Shown here: positions 1 to 12,464 of the stretch, piece after piece
Position numbering within the stretch: the first letter of the stretch is position 1
How the letters are laid out: every line of letters begins with the position of its first letter
DNA from: Octopus vulgaris
Lineage: Eukaryota
Assembly: GCA_951406725.2 (NCBI GenBank)
Contig: OX597838.1
Coordinates: 20,708,001-20,772,000, forward strand
Direction of reading: 5' to 3'
DNA: 64,000 nucleotides
The notes under the pieces: model-generated
What the model saw: only the letters and a program-made list of their open reading frames with translations
The model's database searches: none
What the model was told of the DNA's origin: nothing
Made by a program: the position numbers and the translations under genes

Positions 1-1286
1 AGAATGTTAAAGACCTTGAAAATGCCACTAAACATTTTACCTGGGGTGCTAACGATTCTGCCAGCTTGCTGCCTTAAATAATAATAATAATAATGACGAC
101 AATGTTGATGGTGATCTTTTTTACTATAGGCACAAGGTCTGGATTTTGAGAGATGGGGGTCTAATTGATTACATCAACACCAGACTGATAGTTATTTTAC
201 TGACCCTGAAAAGACGAAAGGCAAAGTTGGCCTTAGAATTTTATTAATGTGGACTAACCATTATAGTTGCAATCAGGTTTAGTGTTGTTGTCTGTTGTTT
301 AGCATCAGGTCAGCCCTGATCAAATGACCCCATTTTTAATCTCTGTCCTTGTGTTGTTTCAATTTAACTCTGACCATGCAAATAGCCCTGATCAAGCATG
401 CACCTGTGGTTCAAAAGTCGAGGTCCTTCTGTGTTACAGTGTAGTGGTCTATGTTCTGTTTTCTCCTTTGGTCTACCCCCATCTATCAAGGTTTTCTGGT
501 TGTTGCATCTCTGGTCCAACAGTGTTTGGAATAAATTAGGTTATTGATTCGTGTGTGAAAGTGTTTTGTTTCAGTCCATGGATTGTGGCCATGCTGGGGC
601 ACTGCCCTGAAGAGTGTAGTCAAACAGATCGACCCCAGTGCTTATTATTGTTTTGTTTTTTTTAAAGTGTGGTACTTATTCTGTAAGTCTCTTTTGCTGA
701 ACTGTTAAGTTATGGGGACTGTAAACAAACCAACACTGGTTGTCAAGCAGTGGTGGTGGGGGCAAAGATAGAAGATGTATACATCTATATAAGATAGGCT
801 TCTTTCAGTTTCCATCTACCAAATCCACTCACAAGGTTTTGGTTGGCCTAGTACTATAGTAGAAGATACTTGCCCAAGGTGCTGCACAGTGGGACTGAAC
901 CTGAGACTGCTTCTTACCCACACAGCTGCGTGATGAGTTTTATTTTTGTTTAGGGTAACAGGGGTAACAGGTGACGTAGTGTACTAGAGATAGGGGTGGT
1001 AGTTTACTGGACATAGGAAGTGGCCTTGGCTGTGTCTTGTAGGTAGAGAGAGAGTAGTGGTGGTAGTTGTATTTTGGAGGCGGGTAGGAGTGGTGGTGGT
1101 AGTTGTATTTTGGAGGTGGGTAGGAGTGGTAGTGGTGTATTGGGCAGCTGATCTTTCATCTTGTTTGTCATCACACTACAGCCATGCTTGAGCACCACTT
1201 TGAAGGGTTTACTCAAACAAATCAGACTTGTACTTATTCTGTCGGTCTCTTTTGCCAAATTGCTAAGTTACAGACACACACATACA

Positions 1287-1321
<35 letters not shown>

Positions 1322-1357
1322 ACCTCAGCACAGCATGAAGCAAGATTTTAATACCAC

Positions 1358-1459
1358 AAGGAATTGACAGAAGGTCATCATCTTGTGAAGAGCCTGTGGC
1401 TTAATTTGACTCAATACAGGGGAAAGCTCTCTTGGTTAGGACACAGGTAGGATTAATAG
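1358..1459 (+). pseudogene. Degenerate 18S rRNA fragment
   Basis: AAGGAATTGACAGAAGG...GAGCCTGTGGCTTAATTTGACTCAATACAGGG...GGACAC.GTAGGATT.A.AG follows the conserved eukaryotic SSU rRNA segment AAGGAATTGACGGAAGGGCACCACCAGGAGTGGAGCCTGCGGCTTAATTTGACTCAACACGGG. Several changes are CpG-type; no flanking rDNA is present. Confidence 0.8.
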
Positions 1460-3644
1460 TGCTGCCTTCAATAGTAAACGGTGCCTTATCCCATGGTACC
1501 TATTGACTTCTATGCAGAAGTGAGCCATTTACCAGGAAAACAGTATATTAGGCTTTAATCATTTATTAGGAACATAGTACAGTTAAATAGACTGTTATGT
1601 TCCAGGAACAGAAAATGAAGTATTAGTACTAATTTGGTTGGTCACTAGTCTACAATAACGAGAGAGCCTCTGCGTCAGGCATGAATAATCTTTTCCAAGA
1701 AGTGGGCCACATGAATCCTGGTTTGTCGTTAGGCAGGCAGTACTATTAAAAATAAACTTTTCATTTAGGCATGTCTTTCAGGAAGCAGACCACAGGTTGC
1801 TTATTACTGCTCTATGTGGTGGCTCAATCTGCTAGAAATAGTAGTAAAGTCCCCCCCTTCCTAAAAAAAAAAATGAAGGCTCACATAGAATAAAGTGCAG
1901 GATATTGCTAAAAGGACAGATCGGTCATGGCTAGAATGTTTTTGATAAGGCGGCAAGCTGGCAGAAACGTAAGCACACCAGGCGAAATGCTTAGTGGTAT
2001 TTTGTCTGTCGTTACGTTCTGAGTTCAAATTCTGCCGACGTCGACTTTGCCTTTCATCCTTTTGGGGTTAATAAATTAAGTACCAGTTATGCACTGGGGT
2101 TGATATAATCGACTTAATCCCTTTGTTTGTCCCCTCTATGTTTAGCCCCTTGTGGGCAATAAAGAAATAAAATAAGAATGTTTTGGGTCTAAACAGAGTG
2201 GAATGAATGGGAATAAAAGTTCTGAAAATTCCACCTCAGCATCTAACTACACCAATCCAACAACCCTATGGTAAATTCTATGAAGCTATTAGATCTTTCC
2301 TAACCTAATTTCACAGGAGCTGAAACTGGTTTAAGCATCTCATAACTTTTAGAAATTTTTGGGTAATTTTCAGAAAGTTTTTTTGAAAATTTGTGTTCTA
2401 CACATGAGAATTTGTATGATTATGGAAAAAAAAAAATTTTTTTTTTAAAGTTTTAATCAAAAAGTTCCACTTGTTTAAAATACAGACAGTCCAAATTTTT
2501 TGCTTAAATCCCAGCAATGGCCCATTCTTGGGTGGTGCATCATCATTCAATTAAATGTGTTTATGGGGAGAAAAATATTGAAAGACATACCTCAGAGTGA
2601 CAAAGAAATGAGGAAGATATCAGGTGGTCGTGGGATGTGCTAAAAATAACTGTTAAATGACACACACACAAATCTTTTTTTTTCATAAATATAAACTCAC
2701 AAAAATTTTCTGAGAATTCCAAAAAAATAAAAAAGTTATGAGGGGTTATATGGGGTACTTAAACCAGAATTATCCCCTGAAGCCAGGTCACACGGTTGAA
2801 TCTACACTCATTTATTATTATTATCTATATTTACTACACACCAATGTGTGTGTGTGTGTTATCAGCATTTAACATCTTTTATCTTATCCTTGTTTCAGTC
2901 ATTTGACTCTGGCCATGCTGGAGCACCGGCTTAAGTGGAATAAATTAACCCCAGGACTTATTCTTTGTAAGATTAGTACTTATTCTATTGGTCTCTTTTG
3001 CCAAACCACTAAGTTACAGGGATGTAAACACACCAACATCAGTTGTCAGGTGACGGTGGACACACACACACACACACACTTCTTTCAGTTTCCATCTACC
3101 AAATCCACTCGGAAGGCTTTGGTCGGCCCGATGCTTGCCCAAGGTGCCAGGCAGTGGAACTGAAACTGGAACCATCTGAAAGGATGAAAAGCAAAGTCGG
3201 GCTTGGTGGAATTTGAACTCAGAATGTAAAGATAAACAAAATACCACTAAGCATTTCACCTGGTGTGCTAACATTTCTGCCAGCTCACTGCCTTTGGGCC
3301 ATGGCTTATATTCTTTTCTACTCTAGGCACAAGGCCCACAACTTTCAGGGATGGTGGGGGCCAGTCAATTAGATCAAGCCCAGTATGAACCCGAAAGGAT
3401 GAATGGCAAAGTTGAACTCAGAATGTAAAGACAGACAAAATACCGCTAAGCATTTCGCCTTGTTAACGTTTCTGCTAGCTCGCTGCCTTAGAACGTACAT
3501 ATGTATATTGCAATAACTGCATTAAGGGTTTCTATCCAATGCAAACAATTCTGAATATTACGCTTCTGTGCTCAAGAACACAATGCAATGCCTAGTCTGC
3601 GAATCAAACCCATGATCTTGCAATTGTGAGTGCAACACCTTAAC

Positions 3645-3680
<36 letters not shown>

Positions 3681-3690
<10 letters not shown>

Positions 3691-4076
3691 AAACAAGTCA
3701 AAAATAGAAAATGCTAAGATAATTTTATAGTGAATCTTTCAGTACGGTTTCGGTCATTTTGAGACCTTTTCAACTGTAACGATTAAATAATTAAATTTAG
3801 AAAAATTAGAAGAAAAGTTTTTTTAAAGGAATATTTCTATAGTAGTGTTCAGATATAAGTGCAAACAAGGGAGTCAGAGAAAGGCAGAATGCCACTTATA
3901 TCTGAACACTACTATAGAAATATTCCTTTAAAAAAACTTTTCTTCTAATTTTTCTAAATTTAATTATTTAATCGTTACAGTTGAAAAGGTCTCAAAATGA
4001 CCGAAACCGGTACTGAAAGATTCACTATAAAATTATCTTAGCATTTTCTATTTTTGACTTGTTTTTTCATATATAT
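3681..4076. repeat. About 180-bp near-perfect inverted repeat (Penelope-like inverted pLTR fragments) in a (TA)n tract
   Basis: 3681-3861 is the reverse complement of 3893-4076 with a spacer of about 31 nt; (TA)n flanks both sides. Confidence 0.85.
3975..4018 (+). ncRNA. Minimal type I hammerhead ribozyme, U3-A8 variant
   Basis: CAG-TTGAAAA-GGTC tcaaaat GACC-GAAA-CCGG-TA-CTG: stem I CAG/CTG, stem II GGTC/GACC, palindromic stem III ACCGGT. A mirror copy lies on the minus strand at about 3737-3779 with a 1-nt deletion. Confidence 0.65.
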
Positions 4077-4102
4077 CAACTCGTGTGTTCCTTTCCACCC
4101 TT

Positions 4103-4144
<42 letters not shown>

Positions 4145-5838
4145 TTATCATCGTTTAACATCCATTTTCTATGCTAGCATGGGTTGGACGGTTTGACCGG
4201 GGTCTGGGAAGCAAGGAGGCTGCACCAGGCTGCAGTCTGATCTGGTAGTGTTTCTACAGCTGGATGCCCTTCCTAACACCAACCACTCCTTGAGTGTAGT
4301 GGGTGCTTTTTACGTGCCACCAGCTTAGGGGCCAGAGGAGGCTGGCAAACAGCCATGCCCGGATGGTGCTTTTTACGTGTCACCGGCACGAGAATCACAA
4401 CTACAATTTCCATTTGACTTTTATTTTGATGTTGATGTTGACGTACTTGACTCAATAGGTCTCCTCTAGCAGAGTGGGTCACTCTACGATCCAAGGTTAG
4501 CATAGCAGGCCGTCCTGCGAGCCATGAACTCACTTCAGTTGTCGGGTCTTTGTAGTCACAGCATATCTCTGAGGTCTCGGTCTTTCGTCATTTCCTCTGT
4601 GAGGCCCATATATATATTTTTTTACACACACACACACACACACGTATGCATGCGTGTGTGTTACTGTCTTCTTGCCTTGACTTCACGTGCTAGTTGTAAA
4701 TGAGTGCCACTGTCATGCAAGTGGTGCCCTTCATTTCCAATCTTCCATAAAAGACATATTTGGCCATGGAGAAATATTACCTCACTTGGCAACAGGAAGG
4801 GCATCTGACTATAGAAAAAAAAAATCTGCCTTAGCAAGTTCTATCCGACCCATAACAGCATGGAAAAGTGGATGTTAAAGCAGGGGTTGGAGACATGCTT
4901 AACAACAACAGTTGCAACCCTGGTATCAAATCCCTTTAAAAAGTAATCTTATTCAGTTATCTTCCTTCCTTAAAACTCCAGGAGGCCCTAGACCTGTTGT
5001 GAACCTCACACACCTATTCTCTTTCCATAACTCCATGAGGATATGATGTCCATCTGAGCCTCCATTCCCAATCACAATACAAAAAGTGAGCCTCTGCATG
5101 GTCACTTGACCTGCTAGAGATAGCAGCTGAATTTTTCTCAAATTATATATTTTATCTTTTATTTTTACTTGTTCCTGTCATTTGATTGTGGCCATGCTGG
5201 GGCACCACTTCGAAAGGTTTTAGTGGGACAAATCGATCCCAGGGACTTTCTTTTAAAGCCTGGTACTTATTCTATCACACTTCTTTTGCCGAACTGCTAA
5301 GTTATGGGGACATAAACACACCAACACAAGTTTTCAAGCAGTGGTGGGAGACAAATACATGTAAAGACACAGACACACAGATATGTCCATATATGAGAGG
5401 CTTCTTTCAGTTTCCCTCTACTGAATCCACACACAAGGCTTTGATTGGTCTGAAGCTGTAATAGAAGACACTTGTCCAAGAGGGTAACTTTCTAGGTGCA
5501 GTCCCATAGTCTGTTATGACTAAAGCGGGGTCTTGACCCTTTTTTAAGTATGTGAAGGGTGAATGGCTTAGTGATTAGGGTATTTGGTTCATGATCATAT
5601 GGTTGGGAGTTCGATTGCTGGCCCTGATGGTCCAGTCCACTCAGCTGGACAGAAACGAGTGGTACATGAAATCTAAAGGGTCAACCATGTCACATTTTGT
5701 ATCCTGGTAAATCTTCTTTTTTTTTAATCTTTTTTTATTCTTTTTTAAAAATTTTTTTATTCTTTTTTAAAAATTTTTTTAATGTTATTCTTGTTATTTT
5801 TCTCCTGTATCTCTTTTGGCAATTTTTTTTGTTTGAAC

Positions 5839-5858
5839 TCCTTAACCACGAAATGTAG
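5839..5858 (+). promoter_or_regulatory. U12-type (minor spliceosome) branch point and 3' splice site
   Basis: TCCTTAAC at 5839-5846, ending 12 nt before the end of the AG acceptor, with no polypyrimidine tract in between. Confidence 0.75.
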
Positions 5859-5998
5859 ATATACACAGAATGGAATTCTCCATATGCTTGACCGCAACCG
5901 GAGAATAAAACAGCGACCTGAGCGGTTTCAAAATTGTCATGAACAGTTTGATGTGATAGTATCGTGTGAAGAGAGAGTATATGACCAGATTCTAGAAG
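5859..5998 (+). CDS. SSU72: Ssu72 RNA polymerase II CTD phosphatase, internal exon (140 nt)
   Basis: Encodes YTQNGILHMLDRNRRIKQRPERFQNCHEQFDVIVSCEERVYDQILE, a hallmark Ssu72 sequence. AG at 5857-5858, GT at 5999-6000. Upstream exons were not found in the window. Confidence 0.96.
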
Positions 5999-6578
5999 GT
6001 CAGTATGAAAAATATTCTCATTTCTCTAAACCATAGGCAAAAAATGGTTGAGAGCCACTGCTTAAAGCAGTCTGTTAGTTCCTTGCTTTAAGCACGTTAT
6101 TGTCTGTATATATGTATGAGTATATATATATATATATATGTGTGTGTGGGGGGGGAAAATGGCCATGTGGTTAGGGCAGTGGACTCGCGGTCATAGGATC
6201 ACGGTTTTGATTCCAAGACTGGGCATTGTGTTTATTGAGCGAAAACAGCTAAAGCTTCATGAGGCTCCGGCAGGGGGTGGTGGTGATCCCTGCTGTACTC
6301 TTTCGCCACAACTTTCTCTCACTCTTTCTTCTGTTGGCCGGCTCGCTTAGCTAGCAGGGTGGCATCGTTTGAAGGGCAAAACAATGCGAAGCGCATTGTG
6401 ACCATCGATGTGTAGCAATATCTGCTAGCCTAGTCGGTCACGGTGATATATATGTATGTACCATGCCAGAAAACTGGACGTGAAACGATCAAGTGAACAG
6501 GTGTGTGTACATACCAACACATACACACATTCATTTGATTAGCTCACATGCAGTTTTCCATGCTTGCATGAATTAGAT

Positions 6579-6887
6579 CAGTGGTTCCCAAACTTTTTTG
6601 GGCTGCTGGCCCCTTGACACCCAGGCTACATTCCTACTGCCCACACCCCAACTAACCATCACAAACATAAACCTCTTTCTGGAGCAAATTCAAAGCAACT
6701 GTATTTCACAAATAAAGCTTAACCTAATAAACCCATTATTTTGTTGTTTTTACATGAATTGCCACCCCATTATCACCCTAATTTCTACACGAATCACTAC
6801 CACATCATTGCCCCACTTTTCTTCAATGCCCCTTCTGAACTTTCCACTGCCCCCAGGAGGCAATACTGCCCACTTTGAGAACCACTG
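6579..6887. mobile_element. hAT-type MITE
   Basis: TIRs CAGTGGTTCCCAAA / TTTGAGAACCACTG with an imperfect 8-bp TSD xxTTAGAT. Confidence 0.8.
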
Positions 6888-7833
6888 GGTTAGATGAATA
6901 AATATCATTGTGGAATTATTTTATAGCCTGTGGTGCTTCCTTTCACTAACCTTTCCCTTTTTATGAAGTTAGAGATCTATTATCCCAGTTGAGGGCTCTG
7001 AAGTCTCTTGCTCAACAACCTGCACAGATGGTTTTGTTTGTAGTGATCCAACGTTTGTGCTGTACACGAGGTTGTTCCATCCATCAAATCAACATCCCAT
7101 ACAGGCACACTGTGTGTGCCATGTGTCAGATGTTGAAGTGATGGCTGAGCAGCATGAAATGAAGTGTCTTGCTCAAGAACACAATGCATTGCCCAGTCTA
7201 GGTATTGAAACCACAATCCCGAGTGCAACACCCCAACCACTAGGTCGTGAACCTACGCACACAAACACATCAAAACACACATCTATATATTCACTCATAT
7301 GACAGGCTTTGTACACTTTAACAGCTATCATATTGACTCACAGGGCATTAGTCATCCTGGGCTTAGATAAGAAAACATTTTACTAAGAGTGCCATGCAGT
7401 GGTTTTGAACCCAAAACCACATGGTTAAGAAGGGAACTTTTATATGCACATGGTTAAGAAGTGAACATGTAGCCATTTTTCTATGCTGGCATGGATTGGA
7501 CAAGTTTTGTCACTGATTGCATTCTACAATATCTTTACATATAGTGACAGAAAAGAAAGGGAATAAAACTTGCCTACTTTGTTAAATACATCTGACAGTG
7601 TGGGCTTGGTGCACTTTCTCATGCCAACAGCATTTGGAGCTCATCACACACACACAGCCATAAGCTGTAATGCAGCACACCCACATGTGTACAAAAGTGC
7701 TAGGCATGGTCCCTACATGAATGCAAGTTTACTCACATGTACAAATGTATATGCACGTACTAAGTGACTCAGATATCCACAAATTACCCACGTGCCGTCT
7801 TGAGTTAAACAAAAGCATCATGCAGCTTAGTGA

Positions 7834-9100
7834 CCTCAGAGAGGTTTAGTGTGACACAGAATGGCCCTTTGAAATTAGTGTGACAAGGCTGGCCCTTTGA
7901 AATACAGGTACTACTCATTTTTGCCAGTTGAATGGACTGGAGCAACATGAAATAAAGTGTCTTGCTCAAGAACACAACATGCTACTGGATATTGAACTCA
8001 TGACCTTATGATCATAAGTGGAATACCCTAACCATTTAGCCACATGTCTTCATTGTGTCCAGAATAATCTGAATGCTCAGTTAGTGACCGTCTTGAATTC
8101 TAAAATGTAAAATAATGATGATAATGGTTTCAAATTTTAGCACAAGGCCTGCAAGTCCAGAAAGGGAATAGTTCAACTGGTATTTATTTTATCGATCTTG
8201 AAAGGGTGAAAGGCAAAGTCGATCTCAGTGGCATTTGAACTCTGAACATAAGGATGGATGAAAAATCTTAAATATTTCCCAAAGAAAAACAGGCGTGGCT
8301 GTGTTATAAGAAGTTTGCTTCTTAACCACAGGATTCAGTCCCAAACAGAAGGACTAAAATCCCTCCTTAATTTTTATCAGTAATTAGCATCAGTTATTTG
8401 TATCAGTTATTCAGTCAGTATTTTTAATTACTGACCAAAAATCTTCATAAGTCTTTCTTCCACTTGATCACAGCCTGTTGAAGAAGACTGCTTTGTTGAT
8501 GAGGTCTGATGAGACTGAAACATGTATAACCTTTGCCTTGCTCGCTTACAAAAACCAGATTTTTTTTTACCCACTCAACACAAATATTCAGTTTTATCCA
8601 AAAACTAATAGGTCTTGAAATTATCTCCCCTTGCCTTTACGACCCACTAATGATTACTATTGGTACTTTGTTTATTTTCTGCAACTGAGGGACAAGTTTC
8701 AATTAATTTAGAATGTTTTTGCTTTTTATTTAGCAATGCGTGCACACACACAAATACCAACACTCACTGGAAGAGTTGAACAAAGCATTTTTAATTAAGA
8801 AAGCACCTGTCAAATTTAGAAGGAAACCTCTGATGTTTAAAGTAGTGGGTTGTTCCTGCTTTCAGCTAGGTGGACTGAGCAATTTTGAGAGTTAACCCTT
8901 TAATATTTGAACTGGTCATATTCAACTCAAACATTCTACTCGTCTTATGTTCAAACTGGCCAGATCCAGCCTTTCACACTTACCCTACAATGTCTTACTA
9001 AAAATAAACAATCGTATCATCAAAATTTCAAAGCTATACCATAATGTGTGATTGAATCAAAGCAATGAGTAAATAAACATTAGACAGAATAATCTGAATG

Positions 9101-9146
<46 letters not shown>

Positions 9147-9756
9147 CAACATGTGATCTCTTGAGCACCACCAGCAAAAATATTTTTTTCCTCTGTCTTC
9201 CCTTCTCTGGATCTTTCCTTCCCTTCTTTCCTGAGCGTCAAATAATACTTTAATTGTTCCACGTCCTTGCGTTGCTGTGTTTTTTTTCTGTGTTTTCTTG
9301 TTTGGATTAACTATATATATATATATATATACACATCCTTAAGTTCTGAGTTCAAATGCCACTGAGATCGACTTTGCCTTTCACCCTTTCAGGATCAATA
9401 AAATAAGTACCAGTTGAACTAGCTCCCTTCTAGACTTACAAACCATGTGCTAAAATTTGAAATCAGTATTATCGTTATTTTACATTTTAGAATTCAAGAC
9501 GGTCACTAACTAAGCATTCAGATTATTCTGGACACAGTGAAGGCATGTGGCCAAATGGTTAGGGCATTCCACTTACAATCATAAGGTCATGAGTCCAATA
9601 TCCAGTAGCATGTTGTGTTCTTGAGCAAGACACTTTATTTCACGTTGCTCCAGTCCATTCAGCTAGCAAAAATGAGTAGTACCTGTATTTCAAAGGGCCA
9701 GCCTTGTCACACTAATTTCAAAGGGCCATTCTGTGTCACACTAAACCTCTCTGAGG
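7834..9756. repeat. About 420-bp inverted duplication (arms 7834-8256 and 9334-9756)
   Basis: The arms share two different SINE pieces and the unique junction between them (CAGAATAATCTGAATGCT..TTAGTGACCGTCTTGAATTCTAAAATGTAAAATAA); roughly 90% identity by eye. Confidence 0.85.
8492..8530 (+). ncRNA. Decayed minimal hammerhead ribozyme motif
   Basis: TTG-TTGATGA-GGTC tgatga GACT-GAAA-CATG-TA-TAA; the layout is canonical if three C>T changes are reverted. Confidence 0.4.
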
Positions 9757-10094
9757 ACTATGTTAAAGGTACATATGACTGTGGAGTGCTCAGCCACTTG
9801 TATAGGTTCTTCCATTGAGCGGATCAATTAGAATACTTGTCTTCATAACTGGCAGAGTGCCATTATAATTATAGACATAATCCAATGCCATCAAGAGGAT
9901 ACAAACAGTTAACTCCTTGGCTATTTATCCATTACCCTGTTCTCCTGGATATCCATGCACTCTATATCCCACCTTTTCAAATTGAATATATACATTGGAA
10001 TATAAATATACTCTGAATGTTCTGAAGAATTGCTGTTGTTGGACATGAAGTAGTTGGTTACAGTGGCTACACCACATACCCCAACGGCTACACA

Positions 10095-10520
10095 ATGTAC
10101 CCTGGTGGCCTTGCAGCATAGCCCCGGTTGCCTCTCAGCATACCTCCAGTGGCCTCTCAGCATACCCCCGGTGTCCCCTCAGCATGCCCCAGTGGCCTCG
10201 TAGCATACCCCCGGTGGCCTCGCAGCATACCCCCGGTGGCCCCTCAGCATATCCTGGTGGCCCCTCAGCATAACCCCGGTGGCCTCGCAGCATAACCCCG
10301 GTGACCTCGCGGCATACCCCCGGTGGCCTTGCGGCATACCCCCGGTGGCCTCGTGGTATACCCCCGGTGGCCTCGTGGTATACCCCCGGTGGCCTCGCGG
10401 CATAACCCCGGTGGCCTCGTGGCATACCCCCAGTAGTCTTGCAACAAACCCCCGGTGGCCTCGCAGCACACTCCGATGGACTTGCAGCATGTTCTATTGG
10501 CTTCACAGCATACCCTGGTG
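10095..10520. repeat. GC-rich minisatellite, about 21-22-bp unit GCAGCATACCCCCGGTGGCCTC
   Basis: About 19 imperfect tandem copies; the source of the repetitive minus-strand ORFs at 10135-10633. Confidence 0.9.
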
Positions 10521-10597
10521 TAGCCCCAACAACCTATATCCTGGTGCACAACATACCCCAGCAATGAATATAATTTGAGTTCTGTTGTTATTTCCAG

Positions 10598-10716
10598 AGC
10601 TGGAAAGTCGAGAGAAAGAGGACAGTTATCCAACTCACATCATTAATATTGACATTCAAGACAACCATGAAGAGGCCACAATTGGCGCTTTTATGATCTG
10701 TGATTTAATTTCAAAG
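10598..10716 (+). CDS. SSU72: Ssu72 penultimate exon (119 nt)
   Basis: tttccag|AG CTG GAA...TCA AAG|gtaag encodes (E)LESREKEDSYPTHIINIDIQDNHEEATIGAFMICDLISK. Phase is compatible with the previous exon; contains the DIQDNHEEA motif. Confidence 0.96.
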
Positions 10717-11333
10717 GTAAGGTAACTTTGTAGTCTCTCCTCATATCACTGTCTCGTCTGCACTTTCACTACGAAGGGTTGCTGCAAAGTTCCTGGTAAC
10801 TTTTCTGTTTGTTTGTGTTTACGTTGATTATTGTTACTGTTCAGTAGCATTTTTTTTTTGTTTGGACCATATAGAGACTCACTGATTAGCTTGTGTGTTT
10901 GCCAGCTTGAATATTCTACATTTCAAGTTCAAACCAGCCAGATTTGGCCTCTCATACTTACTCTACAATGTCATTCTAAAAAGAAACAATCACATCATCG
11001 AAATCTTGAAGCTAAGATACTGCGTAATTAATTCAAAACATTGTGAATAAATAAGCATTGTAGTTGACAGAGTAACCTGAAAGCTACAGGGTTAACCCTT
11101 TCGTTTTACTGTATTTATTTTGGGATGCTCTAAGATATATATATATATATATATGACTGGCTTCTTTTAGTTTCCATCTACCAAATCCACTCACAAGGAT
11201 TTGGTCAGCCTGAGGCTATAGCAGAAAACACTTTCCCAAGGTGTTGCACAGTGGAACTGAACCTGGAACCATGTGGTTGGAAAGCAAGCTTCTTCCCACT
11301 CAGTCACACCTGCACCTATATATGTATATATAT

Positions 11334-11574
11334 TGGCACGTAAAAAGCACCATCCGATCGTGGCCGTTTGCCAGCCTCGTCTGGCACCTGTGCCGGTGGT
11401 ACGTAAAAAGCACCCACTACACTCACGGAGTGGTTGGCATTAGGAAGGGCATCCAGCTGTAGAAACACTGCCAGATCAGACTGGGCCTGGTGCAGCCTTC
11501 TGGCTTCCCAGATCCCCGGTAGAACCGTCCAACCCATGCTAGCATGGAAAGCGGACGCTAAACAATGATGATGA

Positions 11575-11578
<4 letters not shown>
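11334..11578 (+). mobile_element. Short retroposon with (GAT)n tail (family D, representative copy)
   Basis: GGCATTAGGAAGGGCATCCAGCTGTAGAAAC...CCAACCCATGCTAGCATGGAAAGCGGACG..AAA(TGA)n. Copies at about 4143-4560 (-), 17150-17500 (-), 53070-53550 (+) and 56725-56980 (-). Confidence 0.75.
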
Positions 11579-11621
<43 letters not shown>

Positions 11622-11962
11622 CTTTTGGTCAAACTATTGTATCTCCAGCTGCTTCAGATGCCAAGATATGAAAATAGTCAAAGTGTAGTACAACGATTTA
11701 GCATTTTTCAAAAGTGTAGTAAGTCCCACATATGACAGTTTTGCAAAAAATATTTCTGATTGAAAATATCATACATGCATGGAGTTATTTTATGCACCCA
11801 ACAAAGCATTATTGTTAAGCTGAAACTGTTGCTATTGTAAAAAACGAAATGGAATGGTGAAACTATTTTTTCCGTTTTCTGAAAATGCATTTTTTTTTCG
11901 GACTTACGACACTTTTGCATAATAGCAATGATATGATATGGTATGATACGGTATGTATCAAG

Positions 11963-12464
11963 CCGTAAATCCTCGAGTATAGTCCGCCCTTGAGTATAAT
12001 ACTCAGGGGATTTTTAGGGGGATGTACCTCTGAAAAACCTAAACCTTGTGTGTAATACGAACCCCTTCTCTAACTTGAGTCAAGGAGGTCTATATAACGT
12101 CCTTGGTTTGTAAAAATGTATACGGCAATGTCTTTTATTTATTATTGTATATATAACATAATGCAAACGTGTAGCTTTTTTGTGCATTTTGTTTGCAGAA
12201 AATAAAGAAATAACAGTAATAACGTTTAATAAATGTTGCTTACTGCAAGTTATGGATGTTATCATTGCTTTCAGGCTTAGCCTAAAGTATTTTCGCGCCC
12301 GACATCACAAAATGCGTCTGAATAAACATTGCCGGACAGCGAACAGAGACTCGGACATTGCTTAGAAAATATTTTTCATTTTTAACCTCGTATATAGTAC
12401 GCACTAGGGATTTTGACCTTTAAATTTTGGGGAAAAGATGCGGATTATACTCGAGGATTTATGG
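11963..12464. mobile_element. Tc1/mariner-pogo-type MITE
   Basis: TIRs CCGTAAATCCTCGAGTATAGTCCGC / GCGGATTATACTCGAGGATTTATGG, followed by TA. Confidence 0.75.

Noticed and set aside
5699-5706. GTATCCTG resembling a U12 5' splice site
   Set aside because: It lies in a degenerate SINE tail with no preceding Ssu72 exon.
10135-10633. Overlapping repetitive ORFs (RGHRGYAARPPG...)
   Set aside because: Produced by the 21-22-bp minisatellite inside an Ssu72 intron; no splice or homology support.
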